Positions 45,435 to 55,987 of a stretch of 64,000 nucleotides of DNA are shown here, piece after piece; within the stretch, counting starts at the first letter, position 1, and each line of letters begins with the position of its first letter. The translations under genes were made by a program, and so were the position numbers. This DNA comes from Hyphomonas sp. (lineage in GTDB: Bacteria > Pseudomonadota > Alphaproteobacteria > Caulobacterales > Hyphomonadaceae): NCBI RefSeq assembly GCF_022844445.1, contig NZ_JALHLS010000013.1, forward strand, positions 17,926 to 81,925, in the 5' to 3' direction. The notes beneath the pieces are model-generated. The model was not told the DNA's origin, did not search any database, and worked only from the letters and a program-made list of their open reading frames with translations.

Positions 45435-46295
45435 TCAAGGGGAAGGCGCGCTTTCGGCGGCCAGAATCGCCGCGAGGCCTTCCCGGTAGGTCGGGTAGCG
45501 CGGGCGCCAGCCGAGCGCCGCCTTGGCGCGGGCATTCGCAACACGCTTGCATTCGGCATAGAAGCTGGCCGCCATCGGGCTGAGGCGCGCTTCGGCGAAA
45601 GGAATGTCCGGTGGCACGGGCACACCGATCAGCTGGGCGGCATGGGCCGTAACATCCTGCGGCGGCGCGGCAAGATCATCGCAAAGATGGAAGACACCGG
45701 CCGCGTCCGGACGCTTGAGCAGCGCGAGCAGGCCGCCTGCAATGTCATCGACATGAATGCGGGAGAAGACCTGGCCGGGCTTGATGATGCGCTGGGCGGC
45801 GCCGTCTCGCAGCCGGTCGAACGGGGACCGGCCTGGTCCGTAGATGCCCGGCAGGCGCACAAGGCGGGCGCAGCCACCCGTGGCGGCGAGCCACTGGCGT
45901 TCGGCGAGGACCCTGGCCTCGGCGCGCGGCGAGGCGGGCGCCACGGCGCTCCACTCGAACGCCCAGCCGCCGTTCAGGTCGCCGTAGACGCCGGTCGTGG
46001 AAAGATAGGTGACGGAGTGTGCGGCATGCGCGGCTGCGCCGGCGGCCAGTGCGGCGGGGCAGCCGTCCCGGCCCGGCGGGAGGGTGACCAGCCAGTGCGC
46101 GCCCGGCGGCGCGGCAACCGGCCCCTCTCCGGTCCAGACCTGCGCGGCGATGCCTTCGGCCCTCAGCTCCGCCGCCTTGGCCGCCGTACGCACGGTTCCG
46201 GCGACTTGCCAGCCGGACGGGCGCAGCTGCGCGGCAAGCTGCAGGGCACTATAGCCAAGCCCGAAAACAAACAGCAGAGATTGCGAGGAAGTCAT
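45435..46295 (-). CDS. Atypical SDR / NAD-dependent epimerase family protein
   Basis: FGLGYSA, YLSTTGVYGD, RLPGIYGPGR, FSRIHVDD and YPTYREGL. Confidence 0.88.
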   Translation of the reverse strand: MTSSQSLLFVFGLGYSALQLAAQLRPSGWQVAGTVRTAAKAAELRAEGIAAQVWTGEGPVAAPPGAHWLVTLPPGRDGCPAALAAGAAAHAAHSVTYLSTTGVYGDLNGGWAFEWSAVAPASPRAEARVLAERQWLAATGGCARLVRLPGIYGPGRSPFDRLRDGAAQRIIKPGQVFSRIHVDDIAGGLLALLKRPDAAGVFHLCDDLAAPPQDVTAHAAQLIGVPVPPDIPFAEARLSPMAASFYAECKRVANARAKAALGWRPRYPTYREGLAAILAAESAPSP

Positions 46296-46357
46296 TTGCC
46301 AATGCCGGAGCGCCGTTGCCTAAAGCGCCTGCATAGACGGATCGGAGCCTGCTGCCC

Positions 46358-47023
46358 ATGTCGCTGATTGCCCTTGCCGCCGGAACGGTCCTGATGATGC
46401 AGACCGCCGGTGCAGAACTGGCCAAGGCCGAGGAGGCCCGTCTGGAAGCCTGTGTCGAGAAGATCGAGAGCGATCCGGAAAACGCCTACGAAGACGGCCT
46501 CGCCTGGTCCTTCGAAGGCAATCGCCCCGGCGCCCGGCAGTGCACCGCGCTGGCCCTGATCGCGCTCGGAAATCTCGAGACCGGTGCCCAGCGGCTGCAG
46601 GCCCTTGCCACCGCGCCCGATGGTGGCAGCCTTGAACAGCGCGCGCTCTACCTCTCGCAGGCTGGGCACGCCTGGTTGCAGGCCGGCGCGCCGGAAGCGG
46701 CGATCGTGTCCTTCTCCGACGGACTGAAGTTCGCCCCGGGCACGACCGACCTGCTACTGGACCGGGCAACCGCCTACATCATCACCGAGAAATGGGACGA
46801 GGCTCTGTCGGACCTTGACTTCGCCCTTGCCAATGCACCCGGCAATCCGACCGGTCATCAGCTGCGTGCCGAAGTTCACCTGAACAAGCGTGCCTATGAC
46901 CTGGCAATGCGCGACGTGAACGACGCGATGGCGGCCGACCCCAAGAACATCGACACCCTGCTGGTGCGCGGACGCGTCCGCGAAGCGATCCGCATCGCAG
47001 AAGAAGACGGCATTCCGCAGTAG
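46358..47023 (+). CDS. TPR repeat protein, exported
   Basis: Signal-like N-terminus; repeated TPR helices (AGHAWLQAG, DRATAY, LRAEVHL). Confidence 0.8.
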   Translation: MSLIALAAGTVLMMQTAGAELAKAEEARLEACVEKIESDPENAYEDGLAWSFEGNRPGARQCTALALIALGNLETGAQRLQALATAPDGGSLEQRALYLSQAGHAWLQAGAPEAAIVSFSDGLKFAPGTTDLLLDRATAYIITEKWDEALSDLDFALANAPGNPTGHQLRAEVHLNKRAYDLAMRDVNDAMAADPKNIDTLLVRGRVREAIRIAEEDGIPQ

Positions 47024-47029
47024 CGCCCC

Positions 47030-48394
47030 TCAGGCGCCGTAGCGGGTTTCCAGCATCGACCAGACTGCGCGCAGGCTGCACGGCGCGCCGCCCTCAGGCC
47101 GGCCATATTTTGCCTTGCGCCAGGCCCAGATGTCGAAATGAGCCCAGCTCTTGGCGTCCACGAACTGTTTCAGGAACACCGCCGCCGTGATCGAGCCGCC
47201 GAAGCTGCCGCCGGAATTGACGAGGTCGGCGACCGGGCTCTTGAGGTCTGCGAGGTAAGGGTCCCAGAGCGGCATGCGCCAGACCGGGTCGCCGGTTCGC
47301 GCCGAGGCAGCGAGAATGTCTGCGGCGAGCTGGTCGTCATCAGTATAGAGCGGCGCGAGATCTGCGCCGAGGGCGACGCGGGCGGCGCCGGTGAGCGTCG
47401 CGAAATCAAGGATCAGGTCCGGATTGCCTTCGCAGGCGCGCGCGAGGGCGTCACCCAGAACGAGGCGGCCTTCGGCATCGGTATTGTCGATCTCGACGGT
47501 CAGTCCCTTGCGGCTGGATAGAATGTCTCCGGGGCGGAAGGAGCTGCCGGAAATCGCGTTCTCGGCGGCAGACACGTAGAGCATCAAGTGAACTGGCAGG
47601 TCAGCGCCCATGATCAGCTCGGCGAGCGCGATGGCATGTGCGGCGCCGCCCATGTCTTTCTTCATGATGCGCATGCCGTCGCCGGCTTTGATGTTGAGGC
47701 CGCCGGAATCGAAGGTGATGCCCTTGCCGACGAGGGCGATTTTCGGATGGCTGGACTTGCCCCATTCGAGTTCGAGGAAGCGCGGCGCAACCGCGGCGGC
47801 GCGGCCGACGGCGTGCACCATCGGATAGCCTGCGGGCAGCAGGGCTTCGCCGACAGTCGCGCGCAGCTCGGCGCCGAAGCGGTTCGCCAAAGCCGCCATC
47901 TCGGTCTGCAGGCCTTCCGGCGTCATGTCGGCGGCGGGCGTGTTGACCATGTCGCGCAGGTGGGCGGCGGCATCGGCTTGGCGGGACAGGCGCTCGCCTT
48001 CCTTGCCGCCGGGCACCTTGAGGCGGGGCGGCTTCGTACGCGTGGTCCTGTAGCGTTCGAAACGGTACGCTCCGTCCGCCCAGGCGGCGGCGATGTGTTC
48101 GAACGGCTGGCCGCCATCGTCCGCGATCTCGTAGTCGCCTTCCGGCATGCGCGCCGACAGGGCGGCGACGGCCAGAGCGTCCTTGCCGCCGCCGAGGCCG
48201 AACAACACGGACTGGATACTTCCGTCATCACCGGGCACCAGCACCACCTGCCCCGCGCCGCCGGTAAAGTCCTGCGCGCTTGCTATGGCCCGCGCCGAAG
48301 GGAACGGATCGTCCTGCAACGCCTTGAAGCCGGCTGACGTGAACAGGTGGACGCGGGCCGCGTGTTTCGGCTTGGCGATGAAGCTCTTGTGCAT
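47030..48394 (-). CDS. M17 leucyl aminopeptidase
   Basis: LVGKGITFDSGG, KKDMGGAA, NTDAEGRLVL and DFATLTGA. Confidence 0.94.
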   Translation of the reverse strand: MHKSFIAKPKHAARVHLFTSAGFKALQDDPFPSARAIASAQDFTGGAGQVVLVPGDDGSIQSVLFGLGGGKDALAVAALSARMPEGDYEIADDGGQPFEHIAAAWADGAYRFERYRTTRTKPPRLKVPGGKEGERLSRQADAAAHLRDMVNTPAADMTPEGLQTEMAALANRFGAELRATVGEALLPAGYPMVHAVGRAAAVAPRFLELEWGKSSHPKIALVGKGITFDSGGLNIKAGDGMRIMKKDMGGAAHAIALAELIMGADLPVHLMLYVSAAENAISGSSFRPGDILSSRKGLTVEIDNTDAEGRLVLGDALARACEGNPDLILDFATLTGAARVALGADLAPLYTDDDQLAADILAASARTGDPVWRMPLWDPYLADLKSPVADLVNSGGSFGGSITAAVFLKQFVDAKSWAHFDIWAWRKAKYGRPEGGAPCSLRAVWSMLETRYGA

Positions 48395-48439
48395 GGGGTA
48401 TCCTGAAAGAAGTGCCGGTTAAGGACGGGCGCGGCGGCG

Positions 48440-48454
48440 TTAACCGAACCTTGA
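48440..48454. promoter_or_regulatory. CtrA-like box upstream of tadD
   Basis: TTAA-ccgaacc-TTGA, with an extra TTAA half-site at 48419-48422. Confidence 0.6.
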
Positions 48455-48506
48455 CCCCGCCCGTCCATTATCCCGGTTCATGCTGCCGATACATACACGG
48501 AGCCCG

Positions 48507-49400
48507 ATGATGTCCAGTGCCAAAACGTCTCTGGCTTTGATAGCCTTTGCTCTTGCCGCCGGCGCCTGCGCCTCGACGCCCAAGGCCGACAAGGAAGCCG
48601 AACTGGCCATGCAGGCGGCGATGCGCCCCGCCTCGCCCGAGGAACGCGCCGCCGCCAACCGTGCCGATCCGCTGACGCGTGCCAACTTCTGGGCAAAGGA
48701 AAGCAACAAGAACGCCGAAGACCTGGAAGTGGCACTGGAATTTGCAAGGGCGCTGCGCGAGATCGGCAGCCACGACCGCGCCATCGATGTGCTGTCACGC
48801 ACCCTGATCGTACACCCTGACAATCCGGACCTGCTGATGCTTCTGGGCCGAATCCAGATGGCGATTGGAGACGTGCCCACGGCCGGACGCGTATTCCAGC
48901 GCGCAACAGAAGTGGCGCCGGAACGCTCGGAAACCTGGGCGGCCCTTGGCACCACCTATGACCGCCAGGGCCAGCACCGGCTTGCCCAGACGTCCTACCT
49001 GAAAGCCCTGGAACTGGAGCCGCTGCGCACCACGACGCTGACCAATTACGGCCTGTCGCTGGTTCTTACGGGCGACCTTGCGGGCGCCGAAGCAAAACTG
49101 CGTCTGGCCGCCGCCAATCCTGATTCCGGGGCCCGGGTGACGGAAAATCTGGCCCTGGTGCTTGGCCTGCAGGGCAAGTTCGAGGACATGAAGCTGGTCA
49201 GCGCAGCTGCGGCGCCGGACCAGGTGGTCGACCAGAACGTGGCGCTCCTGCGCGGCCTGATCAAACCTCCGCGCAGCTGGGACGCGCTGAGTGAAACGGC
49301 AAAGCCCGTGCGTGTCGCTGATGCCGAGACGCCCGTGGCTGCGCCCACGGCACCGGTCACTGAGGACGCGCCAAAGCGCACCTTGCGCCAGCGCAACTAG
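48507..49400 (+). CDS. tadD: TadD/CpaO-like TPR pilotin lipoprotein
   Basis: LAAGAC lipobox, TPRs, LGTTYDRQG, NYGLSL-x2-TG and ENLALVLGLQG; next to the tad cluster. Confidence 0.8.
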   Translation: MMSSAKTSLALIAFALAAGACASTPKADKEAELAMQAAMRPASPEERAAANRADPLTRANFWAKESNKNAEDLEVALEFARALREIGSHDRAIDVLSRTLIVHPDNPDLLMLLGRIQMAIGDVPTAGRVFQRATEVAPERSETWAALGTTYDRQGQHRLAQTSYLKALELEPLRTTTLTNYGLSLVLTGDLAGAEAKLRLAAANPDSGARVTENLALVLGLQGKFEDMKLVSAAAAPDQVVDQNVALLRGLIKPPRSWDALSETAKPVRVADAETPVAAPTAPVTEDAPKRTLRQRN

Positions 49401-49406
49401 GCAAAC

Positions 49407-50909
49407 CTATTCTGTGTCGAACCGGATGCCCTGCGCGAGCGGGAGGGCGCTGGAATAATTGATCGTGTTAGTGGCGCGGCGCATGTAGCCCTTCCACGCA
49501 TCCGATCCGGACTCGCGCCCGCCACCGGTTTCCTTTTCGCCGCCGAATGCGCCACCGATCTCGGCGCCCGAAGTGCCGATGTTCACATTGGCGATACCGC
49601 AATCTGAACCGGAGGCTGCCACGAACCGCTCGGCCTCACGCAGGTCAGTGGTGAAGATCGACGAGGAAAGGCCTGCCGAGACGGCATTGTTGAGTGTGAT
49701 GGCTTCACCAAGCTCGGTGTACCGCATCACATAGAGGATCGGCGCAAAGGTTTCCCGCAAGACGGGGCCGGACTGCTCGGGCATAACCACGAGCGCCGGG
49801 CGGCGGTACGTGCCGCCACCGAGATCGACCGGCTCGCCGCCCGTGATTTCGCCTCCGGCGGCGGCCGCTTCTGCGAGGGCGGCGGTCATCGCCTCGCCCG
49901 CTGCCGCATCGATGAGCGGGCCGACAAGGACGCCCGATGTCAAAGGATTGCCAACCTTGGCAGACGCCCAGGCGGCGCGCAGACGCGGGATCAGCTGGTC
50001 GGCGATCGACGCGTGAACGAACAGGCGGCGCATCGTGGTGCAGCGCTGACCGGCCGTGCCGAGCGCCGAGAAGGCAATGGCGCGCACGGCGAGGTCAATA
50101 TCCGCAGACGGACAGACGATGGCGGCATTGTTCCCCCCGAGTTCGAGGATGGTCTTGCCGAAACGGGCGGCGACAACCGGCGCGACGGCGCGGCCCATGC
50201 GCGTGGAGCCGGTGGCCGAGACCACCGCAACGCGCGGGTCTGCCGCAAGCACCGCGCCGATGTCCGGCCCGCCGATGAGGCACGCGGCGAGCCCGTCCGG
50301 CGCGTCACCGAAAGCGCGCGCGGCCTGCTCGAACACTTTCATCACAGCCAGCGCGGTGAGCGGGGTTTTCTCCGAAGGCTTCCAGATCACCGGGTTGCCG
50401 CAGACAAGCGCCAGCGCCGCGTTCCAGGCCCAGACGGCAACCGGAAAATTGAACGCGGTGATGACCGCCGTCACACCGGCCGGATGCCAGGTTTCCATCA
50501 TCCGGTGGCCGGGGCGTTCGGAGGCGATCGTGAGACCGTGCAGCTGGCGCGAAAGACCGACGGCAAAATCGCAGATGTCGATCATCTCCTGCACTTCGCC
50601 CATCGCCTCGGCCGGGATCTTGCCGGCTTCCAGCGTGACGAGCGTGGCGAGGTCATCCTTCGCGCTGCGCAGCTCTTCGCCGAGCAACCGGACGAGTTCG
50701 CCGCGGCGCGGCGCGGGGACATCGCGCCAGACGGCGAAGGCGCGCGCGGCTGCAGCAATCGCAGCGTGGGCGGCGTCCGGGCCGTCGACGGGGAGATGGG
50801 TGAGCGTTTCGCCGGTCAGAGGCGTGCGGCAGGCGAGACCGCGCGGAGCGGCTCCCGCCTTGAGGCCGAAACGGGTAAGCGTGGACATGGCAAGTGGCAA
50901 CAGGTTCAT
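49407..50909 (-). CDS. Aldehyde dehydrogenase family 7 (piperideine-6-carboxylate dehydrogenase-like)
   Basis: GEVQEMIDICDFAVGLSRQL, AFNFPVAVW, LELGGNNA, GTAGQRCTT, GIANVNIGTSGAEIGGAFGGEKETGGGRESGSD. Alternative start at 50888. Confidence 0.93.
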   Translation of the reverse strand: MNLLPLAMSTLTRFGLKAGAAPRGLACRTPLTGETLTHLPVDGPDAAHAAIAAAARAFAVWRDVPAPRRGELVRLLGEELRSAKDDLATLVTLEAGKIPAEAMGEVQEMIDICDFAVGLSRQLHGLTIASERPGHRMMETWHPAGVTAVITAFNFPVAVWAWNAALALVCGNPVIWKPSEKTPLTALAVMKVFEQAARAFGDAPDGLAACLIGGPDIGAVLAADPRVAVVSATGSTRMGRAVAPVVAARFGKTILELGGNNAAIVCPSADIDLAVRAIAFSALGTAGQRCTTMRRLFVHASIADQLIPRLRAAWASAKVGNPLTSGVLVGPLIDAAAGEAMTAALAEAAAAGGEITGGEPVDLGGGTYRRPALVVMPEQSGPVLRETFAPILYVMRYTELGEAITLNNAVSAGLSSSIFTTDLREAERFVAASGSDCGIANVNIGTSGAEIGGAFGGEKETGGGRESGSDAWKGYMRRATNTINYSSALPLAQGIRFDTE

Positions 50910-50931
50910 GCGCCGGGTCTAGCGGGGCCCG

Positions 50932-50955
50932 GCGCGCGGGGAAAGCCCCGCGCGC
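50932..50955 (-). terminator. Hairpin immediately after tadC
   Basis: Perfect 10-bp stem gcgcgcgggg/ccccgcgcgc with a 4-nt loop. No U-tract. Confidence 0.4.
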
Positions 50956-50959
50956 GGGT

Positions 50960-51979
50960 TCACGCGTAGTCGCGCTCGACCTGGAGTTCGGTGACCTGAG
51001 GGGCCGCTTCGTTCTTGCCCTGCATCTTGTTGTATTTGATGTAGGCCGGGCCGAGCACGACGAGGAACAATACCGGCAGGAAGAACAGGATCATCGGCAC
51101 AGTCAGCTGGGCCGGGAGCGCGGCTGCCTTTTTCTCGGCGTCCGACATCCGCATCTCACGGTTTTCCTTGGCCATCAGGCGCAAGGCGTCGCCCAGCGGC
51201 GTGCCGTAACGCTCAGCCTGGCCGAGGGCCATACAGACGGCTTTCACACCTTCATGGCCTGTGCGGATGGCAAGGTTCTCATAAGCCTGGCGGCGGTCCG
51301 GGAGATAGGACAGCTCAGCGACCGTGATGCCGAACTCCTCTGCCAGCTCCGGCGACGCCACGCCGATTTCCTGGCTGACCTTGTTGAAGCCCATTTCGAT
51401 CGACATGCCGGCCTCGACGCAGATCAGCAGCATGTCGAGCGAGTCCGGAAACGCGCGCATCAGGGATTTCTGCCGCTTCTGGGCGATGTTCGAGATGTAG
51501 AGGTTCGGCGCATAGAAGCCGGCTGCTGCGCCAAAGGCGAGTGAGCCATACTTCAGGAACGTGCTGAAGCCGTGGTCGTTCACATAGAAGATGTAGAGGT
51601 AGGCAATCAGAGCGCCCACGAAAGGCAAGATCATCCGCGCAAAATAGAAAGCCGAGATCGGGCCCGGTCCGCGAAGGCCGGCCTGGTTCATCAGCTTGAC
51701 AACGTTCGGATCCTCGAGCGCCTTGGCCAGGTTCAGCTTGGACGAGATGGTGCCGACGACCGAGTCATCCTTGCGGCGCAGGCCTTTTTTCTCGAGCGCG
51801 GCGCGGCTCTGCTTGCGCAGGCGTTCGCGCTGGGTGGCGACGGACTTGAGGCGCGTCTCCAGCTTGTTGCCCTGGAGGTAGGGCAACGCAAAGGTCAGGA
51901 ATGTCCCGAATACGGCGGCGGCGACAAGATAGGCCGCCAGCGTGTCGGGCCTCGTGAAAGAGAGGAGTATTTCGTACAT
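50960..51979 (-). CDS. tadC: Tad inner membrane platform protein TadC
   Basis: FPDSLDMLLICVEAGMS, ERYGTPLGDALR and AEKKAAALPAQLTVPMILFFLP. Confidence 0.93.
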   Translation of the reverse strand: MYEILLSFTRPDTLAAYLVAAAVFGTFLTFALPYLQGNKLETRLKSVATQRERLRKQSRAALEKKGLRRKDDSVVGTISSKLNLAKALEDPNVVKLMNQAGLRGPGPISAFYFARMILPFVGALIAYLYIFYVNDHGFSTFLKYGSLAFGAAAGFYAPNLYISNIAQKRQKSLMRAFPDSLDMLLICVEAGMSIEMGFNKVSQEIGVASPELAEEFGITVAELSYLPDRRQAYENLAIRTGHEGVKAVCMALGQAERYGTPLGDALRLMAKENREMRMSDAEKKAAALPAQLTVPMILFFLPVLFLVVLGPAYIKYNKMQGKNEAAPQVTELQVERDYA

Positions 51980-51991
51980 CGCGTCCTGCCC

Positions 51992-53029
51992 TTACATGTC
52001 GAAGTTGATCATGTTGCGCATGACGGTAATGCCGAGGCCCATCATGGCCGTCGCCATGGCGAGGATAACGTGGCCGGTTTCCGTAAGGAACAGTTCCATG
52101 ATGTAGTCTGGCGTCGTCATGAACACCATGACGCCGACGGCGAAGGGCAACGAGCCGATAATGAAGGCAGAGGCCTTGGCTTCCGAGGACAGCGCCTTGA
52201 CCTTTTCGCGCATCATCTTGCGTGAACGGATGACTGTCGACAGGTTGCCGAGCGCTTCGGAGAGGTTACCGCCGGCCTTCGACTGGATGGTGAGCACGAT
52301 GGCGAAGAAGTTCACTTCCTGCAGCGGCATGCGCTTGTAGAGTTGGGCAAGCGCGCGCTCTAGGCCCGAACCCATGGCGAGATTGTCGGCAAAGGTGAGG
52401 AACTCCTTGCGCAGCGGCTCGGGGCTTTCCTTTGCGATGATACGGATACATTCGTTGAGCGGAAGGCCGGTTTTCACCCCGCGCACGATCACGTCCAGCG
52501 CGTCGGCAAACTGGTTCACCATCTTCTTGTGGCGCCCCTTGATCATCGTGTTGAGCACAAACTGAGGCAAGCCGAACGTGCCGGCAAATCCGGCGGCGGC
52601 GCAGAGGATCGGGCGGCTCTTGAAGCTGATGCCGCTGATGACGAGGCCGTCCGCGCCCGACATCCAGACCACGCCGGCACAAACTGCGCCTGTAATCACG
52701 GAAATGATCCAGAACATGGGGATCGGGAGCTCAACCCCCGCCTGGGTCAGCTTGGACGCAATATCCTGAGCAGCGGAAATCTTGCGGCGCTCCTTGTCCT
52801 GCTTGCGCAGGTTATCGAGCATTTCCTGCGTCTTGGCGCGGCGCTTGGCGGTATCGTCCGCCGCCTTGCCGACCGACTTGGAGACCTGCGGCGACGCGCG
52901 CCCTGCCCCGATTTCGCGCGCACGCTTCTTCGCGGCATCGTCCTGCCCCGCGGTGAAGGTGAAACCGATGCCCACGATGGCCACGAAGGCAAGCGCGGCG
53001 ACGAGGATAATGATCAGGGTGCTGTTCAT
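51992..53029 (-). CDS. tadB: Tad inner membrane platform protein TadB
   Basis: QFADALDVIVRGVKTGLP, IQSKAGGNLSEAL and KALSSEAKASA. Confidence 0.93.
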   Translation of the reverse strand: MNSTLIIILVAALAFVAIVGIGFTFTAGQDDAAKKRAREIGAGRASPQVSKSVGKAADDTAKRRAKTQEMLDNLRKQDKERRKISAAQDIASKLTQAGVELPIPMFWIISVITGAVCAGVVWMSGADGLVISGISFKSRPILCAAAGFAGTFGLPQFVLNTMIKGRHKKMVNQFADALDVIVRGVKTGLPLNECIRIIAKESPEPLRKEFLTFADNLAMGSGLERALAQLYKRMPLQEVNFFAIVLTIQSKAGGNLSEALGNLSTVIRSRKMMREKVKALSSEAKASAFIIGSLPFAVGVMVFMTTPDYIMELFLTETGHVILAMATAMMGLGITVMRNMINFDM

Positions 53030-54525
53030 CAGGCGTTGTTCAGCGAGTCGAGGGCAGCTGCCAGCTCGCGCTCCATGTTGTAGTAGGAAGCTCGTTCCCA
53101 GAAGCGCGGACGGCCGATACCCATGCCGCGGTGGCGGCCGATGATCCTGCCGTTATCGTCTTCGCCGTCGATCTCGTATTTCAGGATGTCCTGCAGAACG
53201 ATGGTATCACCTTCGAGACCGAGAACTTCCGTGATGCCCATGATGCGGCGCGAACCGTCGCGAAGGCGCGAAGCCTGGACAACAACGTCGATAGACCCAA
53301 CGATCATTTCCCGGATGGTTTTGGCAGGCAGCGAGAAGCCGCCCATCGTGATCATGGATTCGACACGGCTCAGGGCTTCACGCGCTGAGTTGGCGTGCAG
53401 CGTGCCCATCGAGCCATCATGGCCCGTGTTCATGGCCTGCAGAAGGTCGAACGCTTCCGGTCCGCGCACCTCGCCCACGATAATCCGCTCGGGACGCATA
53501 CGCAGACAGTTCTTCACGAGGTCGCGCATCGTGATCTCGCCAGAGCCCTCAATGTTCGGCGGACGCGTTTCGAGACGCACGACATGCGGTTGTTGCAGCT
53601 GAAGTTCGGCGGAGTCTTCGCAGGTGATGACGCGCTCACCGGGCTCGATGAACCCCGTGAGACAGTTGAGAAGCGTCGTCTTGCCGGAACCCGTACCGCC
53701 CGAGATCAGCACGTTGCAGCGGCTGTGGCCGATGATGCGCAGGACTTCCGCGCCGGCTTCGCTGATCGAGCCAAAGCGGACAAGATCGTGCAGTTTCAGC
53801 TTGTCTTTCTTGAACTTACGAATGGTGAGCGTCGGGCCGTCAATGGCGAGCGGCGGCGCAATGACGTTTACGCGCGAGCCATCCAGCAAACGCGCGTCAC
53901 AGATAGGCGAGCTTTCATCGACGCGGCGGCCGACCTGCGACACGATCCGCTGACAAATGTTCATCAGCTGCGCATTGTCGCGGAAGCGGATATTGGTGCG
54001 CTCGATCTTGCCGTTGACCTCGATATAGGTCGTGTCGGCGCCGTTGACCATGATGTCGGCAATATCATCGCGGGCAAGCAGCGGCTCGAGTGGCCCATAA
54101 CCGAGGACGTCGTTGCAGATATCATCGAGCAGGTATTCCTGCTCTGAAATCGACATCACGACATTCTTGATACTGATGATTTCAACGACAATGTCGCGAA
54201 TCTCTTCGCGCGCACTTTCGATATCAAGCTGGGCGAGCTGGGAAAGGTCGATCGTGTCGATCAGCGCGTTGAAGATCGTCGTCTTCGTCGCATAGTATTG
54301 ATCCGAGTGCTGATTGACCTTGCGGACCGGCTCCGGCTTGAATTCAGGCGTCTTGAGTTTCACGGGCGCAGCAGGCGCCGCACCTGGGCCAGCTGCAGCC
54401 TTGGGAGCAGCGGGCGTGGCCGCTGCAGCCGGATTGGGCGCGGCCGGCTTCGGCGCCGGCGCAGCCGCCGGCGGCGCGCCTGGAAGCGTTGTGGCGGCAG
54501 AACCTGAGCGTTTCCCGAAGGCCAT
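53029..54525 (-). CDS. cpaF: Tad pilus ATPase CpaF/TadA
   Basis: [15 protein letters not shown], Walker [25 protein letters not shown] and AMNTGHDGS. Confidence 0.96.
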   Translation of the reverse strand: MAFGKRSGSAATTLPGAPPAAAPAPKPAAPNPAAAATPAAPKAAAGPGAAPAAPVKLKTPEFKPEPVRKVNQHSDQYYATKTTIFNALIDTIDLSQLAQLDIESAREEIRDIVVEIISIKNVVMSISEQEYLLDDICNDVLGYGPLEPLLARDDIADIMVNGADTTYIEVNGKIERTNIRFRDNAQLMNICQRIVSQVGRRVDESSPICDARLLDGSRVNVIAPPLAIDGPTLTIRKFKKDKLKLHDLVRFGSISEAGAEVLRIIGHSRCNVLISGGTGSGKTTLLNCLTGFIEPGERVITCEDSAELQLQQPHVVRLETRPPNIEGSGEITMRDLVKNCLRMRPERIIVGEVRGPEAFDLLQAMNTGHDGSMGTLHANSAREALSRVESMITMGGFSLPAKTIREMIVGSIDVVVQASRLRDGSRRIMGITEVLGLEGDTIVLQDILKYEIDGEDDNGRIIGRHRGMGIGRPRFWERASYYNMERELAAALDSLNNA

Positions 54526-54552
54526 TCTTCTACCCGTTCACTGGAACCCGGC

Positions 54553-55953
54553 TTACTTGCCCAGAAGTTTCTTGATGAGTGATTTCTCTTGCACCTGGAT
54601 GACACGGCCGGTCAGCAGGCTGGCCAGCTGGTCGATCGCGATCGAGGATTTTGCTGCCGGCGACGTCTCCGAGATCATCTGGCCATTGTTGGCCGCCATG
54701 CCGAAAACCTCCGGCTCGAAAGGCACGATGATGTTCGGCTCGACCCCAATAGCTGCCGCGAAATCCTTCACAGGAATCTCGGGCCGCTTCGGCACGCCGC
54801 ACATGTTCAGAACGAGGCGCGGCGGGTGGTCGTTGACGCGGTGGCCCTTCAGCTGGTCGATCATGTTCTTGCCATTGCGCAGCGAGGCGAGATCAGGCTG
54901 GCAGACGATGATCACTTCGTCCGAGGCAATCAGCGTATTGCGCACCCAGTGGCTCCAGGCATGCGGCAGATCGAGCACCATATAGGGCACGTTACGGCGC
55001 ACATTCTCGATAACGGTCGCGTAGGACTCGTCCGGAATATCGATGATCTGGTTGATGTTGGCCGGAGCGGTGAACAGGGAGAGGCGCTCGGTGGCCCGCG
55101 TCAGCAGGCGCTCGATCACGGCATTGTCGGCGCGTTCCGGCGCCAGCAGCGCATCGGCGATCGTCTGCGGCGTGTCCTGATTGAAGTCGAGCGCCGTCGT
55201 GCCGAAGGACAGGTCAAGGTCCACCAGCGTCGTGTTGACATGCGTGTTCTCGGCCAGCGCCCAAGCAAGGTTGTGTGCGATCGTCGAGGCCCCTACCCCG
55301 CCCTTGGCGCCGACCACGGAGATCTGCTTGCCGAGGAAGGGCGCGTCGGGATCTGCGAACAGCGCCGAGATCGAACGGATGATGCTGATGGGCTGGAACG
55401 GGGGAACCAGATACTCGGATACGCCGCGGGCGACGAGCTGGCGATAAAGTGTGATGTCGTTGACCGCGCCGATGACGAGCACCTTGACGTGATCGTCGCA
55501 ATGCTCCGCCAAAGTATCTATCTCGTGCAGGACCTGGCTGGCCTGAGCGGAAGATTCCACCATCAGCAGGTTCGGGGTCGAATTGGCGCGCAGGTCGGCA
55601 ACCGCCGCCGGGATTCCGCCCGGGATGCAGTCGACAGTCGCGCGGCCCATGCGGCGGTCCGCCGCGCAAAGCTGCATCTGGGCGCGGGTTTCTTCACGCT
55701 CATAGAAGAGCTTGATCGAGATTGCCGGCAGCATCGCATCACCGCCGGACGTCTCGAGCGGTGCGAACATGAAGGGCGCTGCTGCGAGCGGCTTTGCAGC
55801 GAAGTCCGAAACCGGCTGAACCGGCTGGACGGAAGTCTCCGCGAAGGGGTCCTCCAGGGCGGTGTCGTTTGCCCCTGTCAACGCGTCTTCATTGAAAACG
55901 TCTTCGAACTCGGTGCCGAAGTCATCTTCAAAGAGTGCCGTTTCCTTACCCAT
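54553..55953 (-). CDS. cpaE: Pilus localisation protein CpaE/TadZ
   Basis: Acidic N-terminal extension, atypical receiver domain (IGAVNDITLYR) and MinD-like GAKGGVGAST. Confidence 0.92.
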   Translation of the reverse strand: MGKETALFEDDFGTEFEDVFNEDALTGANDTALEDPFAETSVQPVQPVSDFAAKPLAAAPFMFAPLETSGGDAMLPAISIKLFYEREETRAQMQLCAADRRMGRATVDCIPGGIPAAVADLRANSTPNLLMVESSAQASQVLHEIDTLAEHCDDHVKVLVIGAVNDITLYRQLVARGVSEYLVPPFQPISIIRSISALFADPDAPFLGKQISVVGAKGGVGASTIAHNLAWALAENTHVNTTLVDLDLSFGTTALDFNQDTPQTIADALLAPERADNAVIERLLTRATERLSLFTAPANINQIIDIPDESYATVIENVRRNVPYMVLDLPHAWSHWVRNTLIASDEVIIVCQPDLASLRNGKNMIDQLKGHRVNDHPPRLVLNMCGVPKRPEIPVKDFAAAIGVEPNIIVPFEPEVFGMAANNGQMISETSPAAKSSIAIDQLASLLTGRVIQVQEKSLIKKLLGK

Positions 55954-55987
55954 GTGACGCATACTCCTGTTGCCGGACGCGCCGGCT

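Noticed and set aside
54553-55953. Acidic low-complexity N-terminus of CpaE (and the Ala/Pro-rich CpaF N-terminus)
   Set aside because: Similar extensions are known in caulobacterial CpaE/CpaF; not novel.
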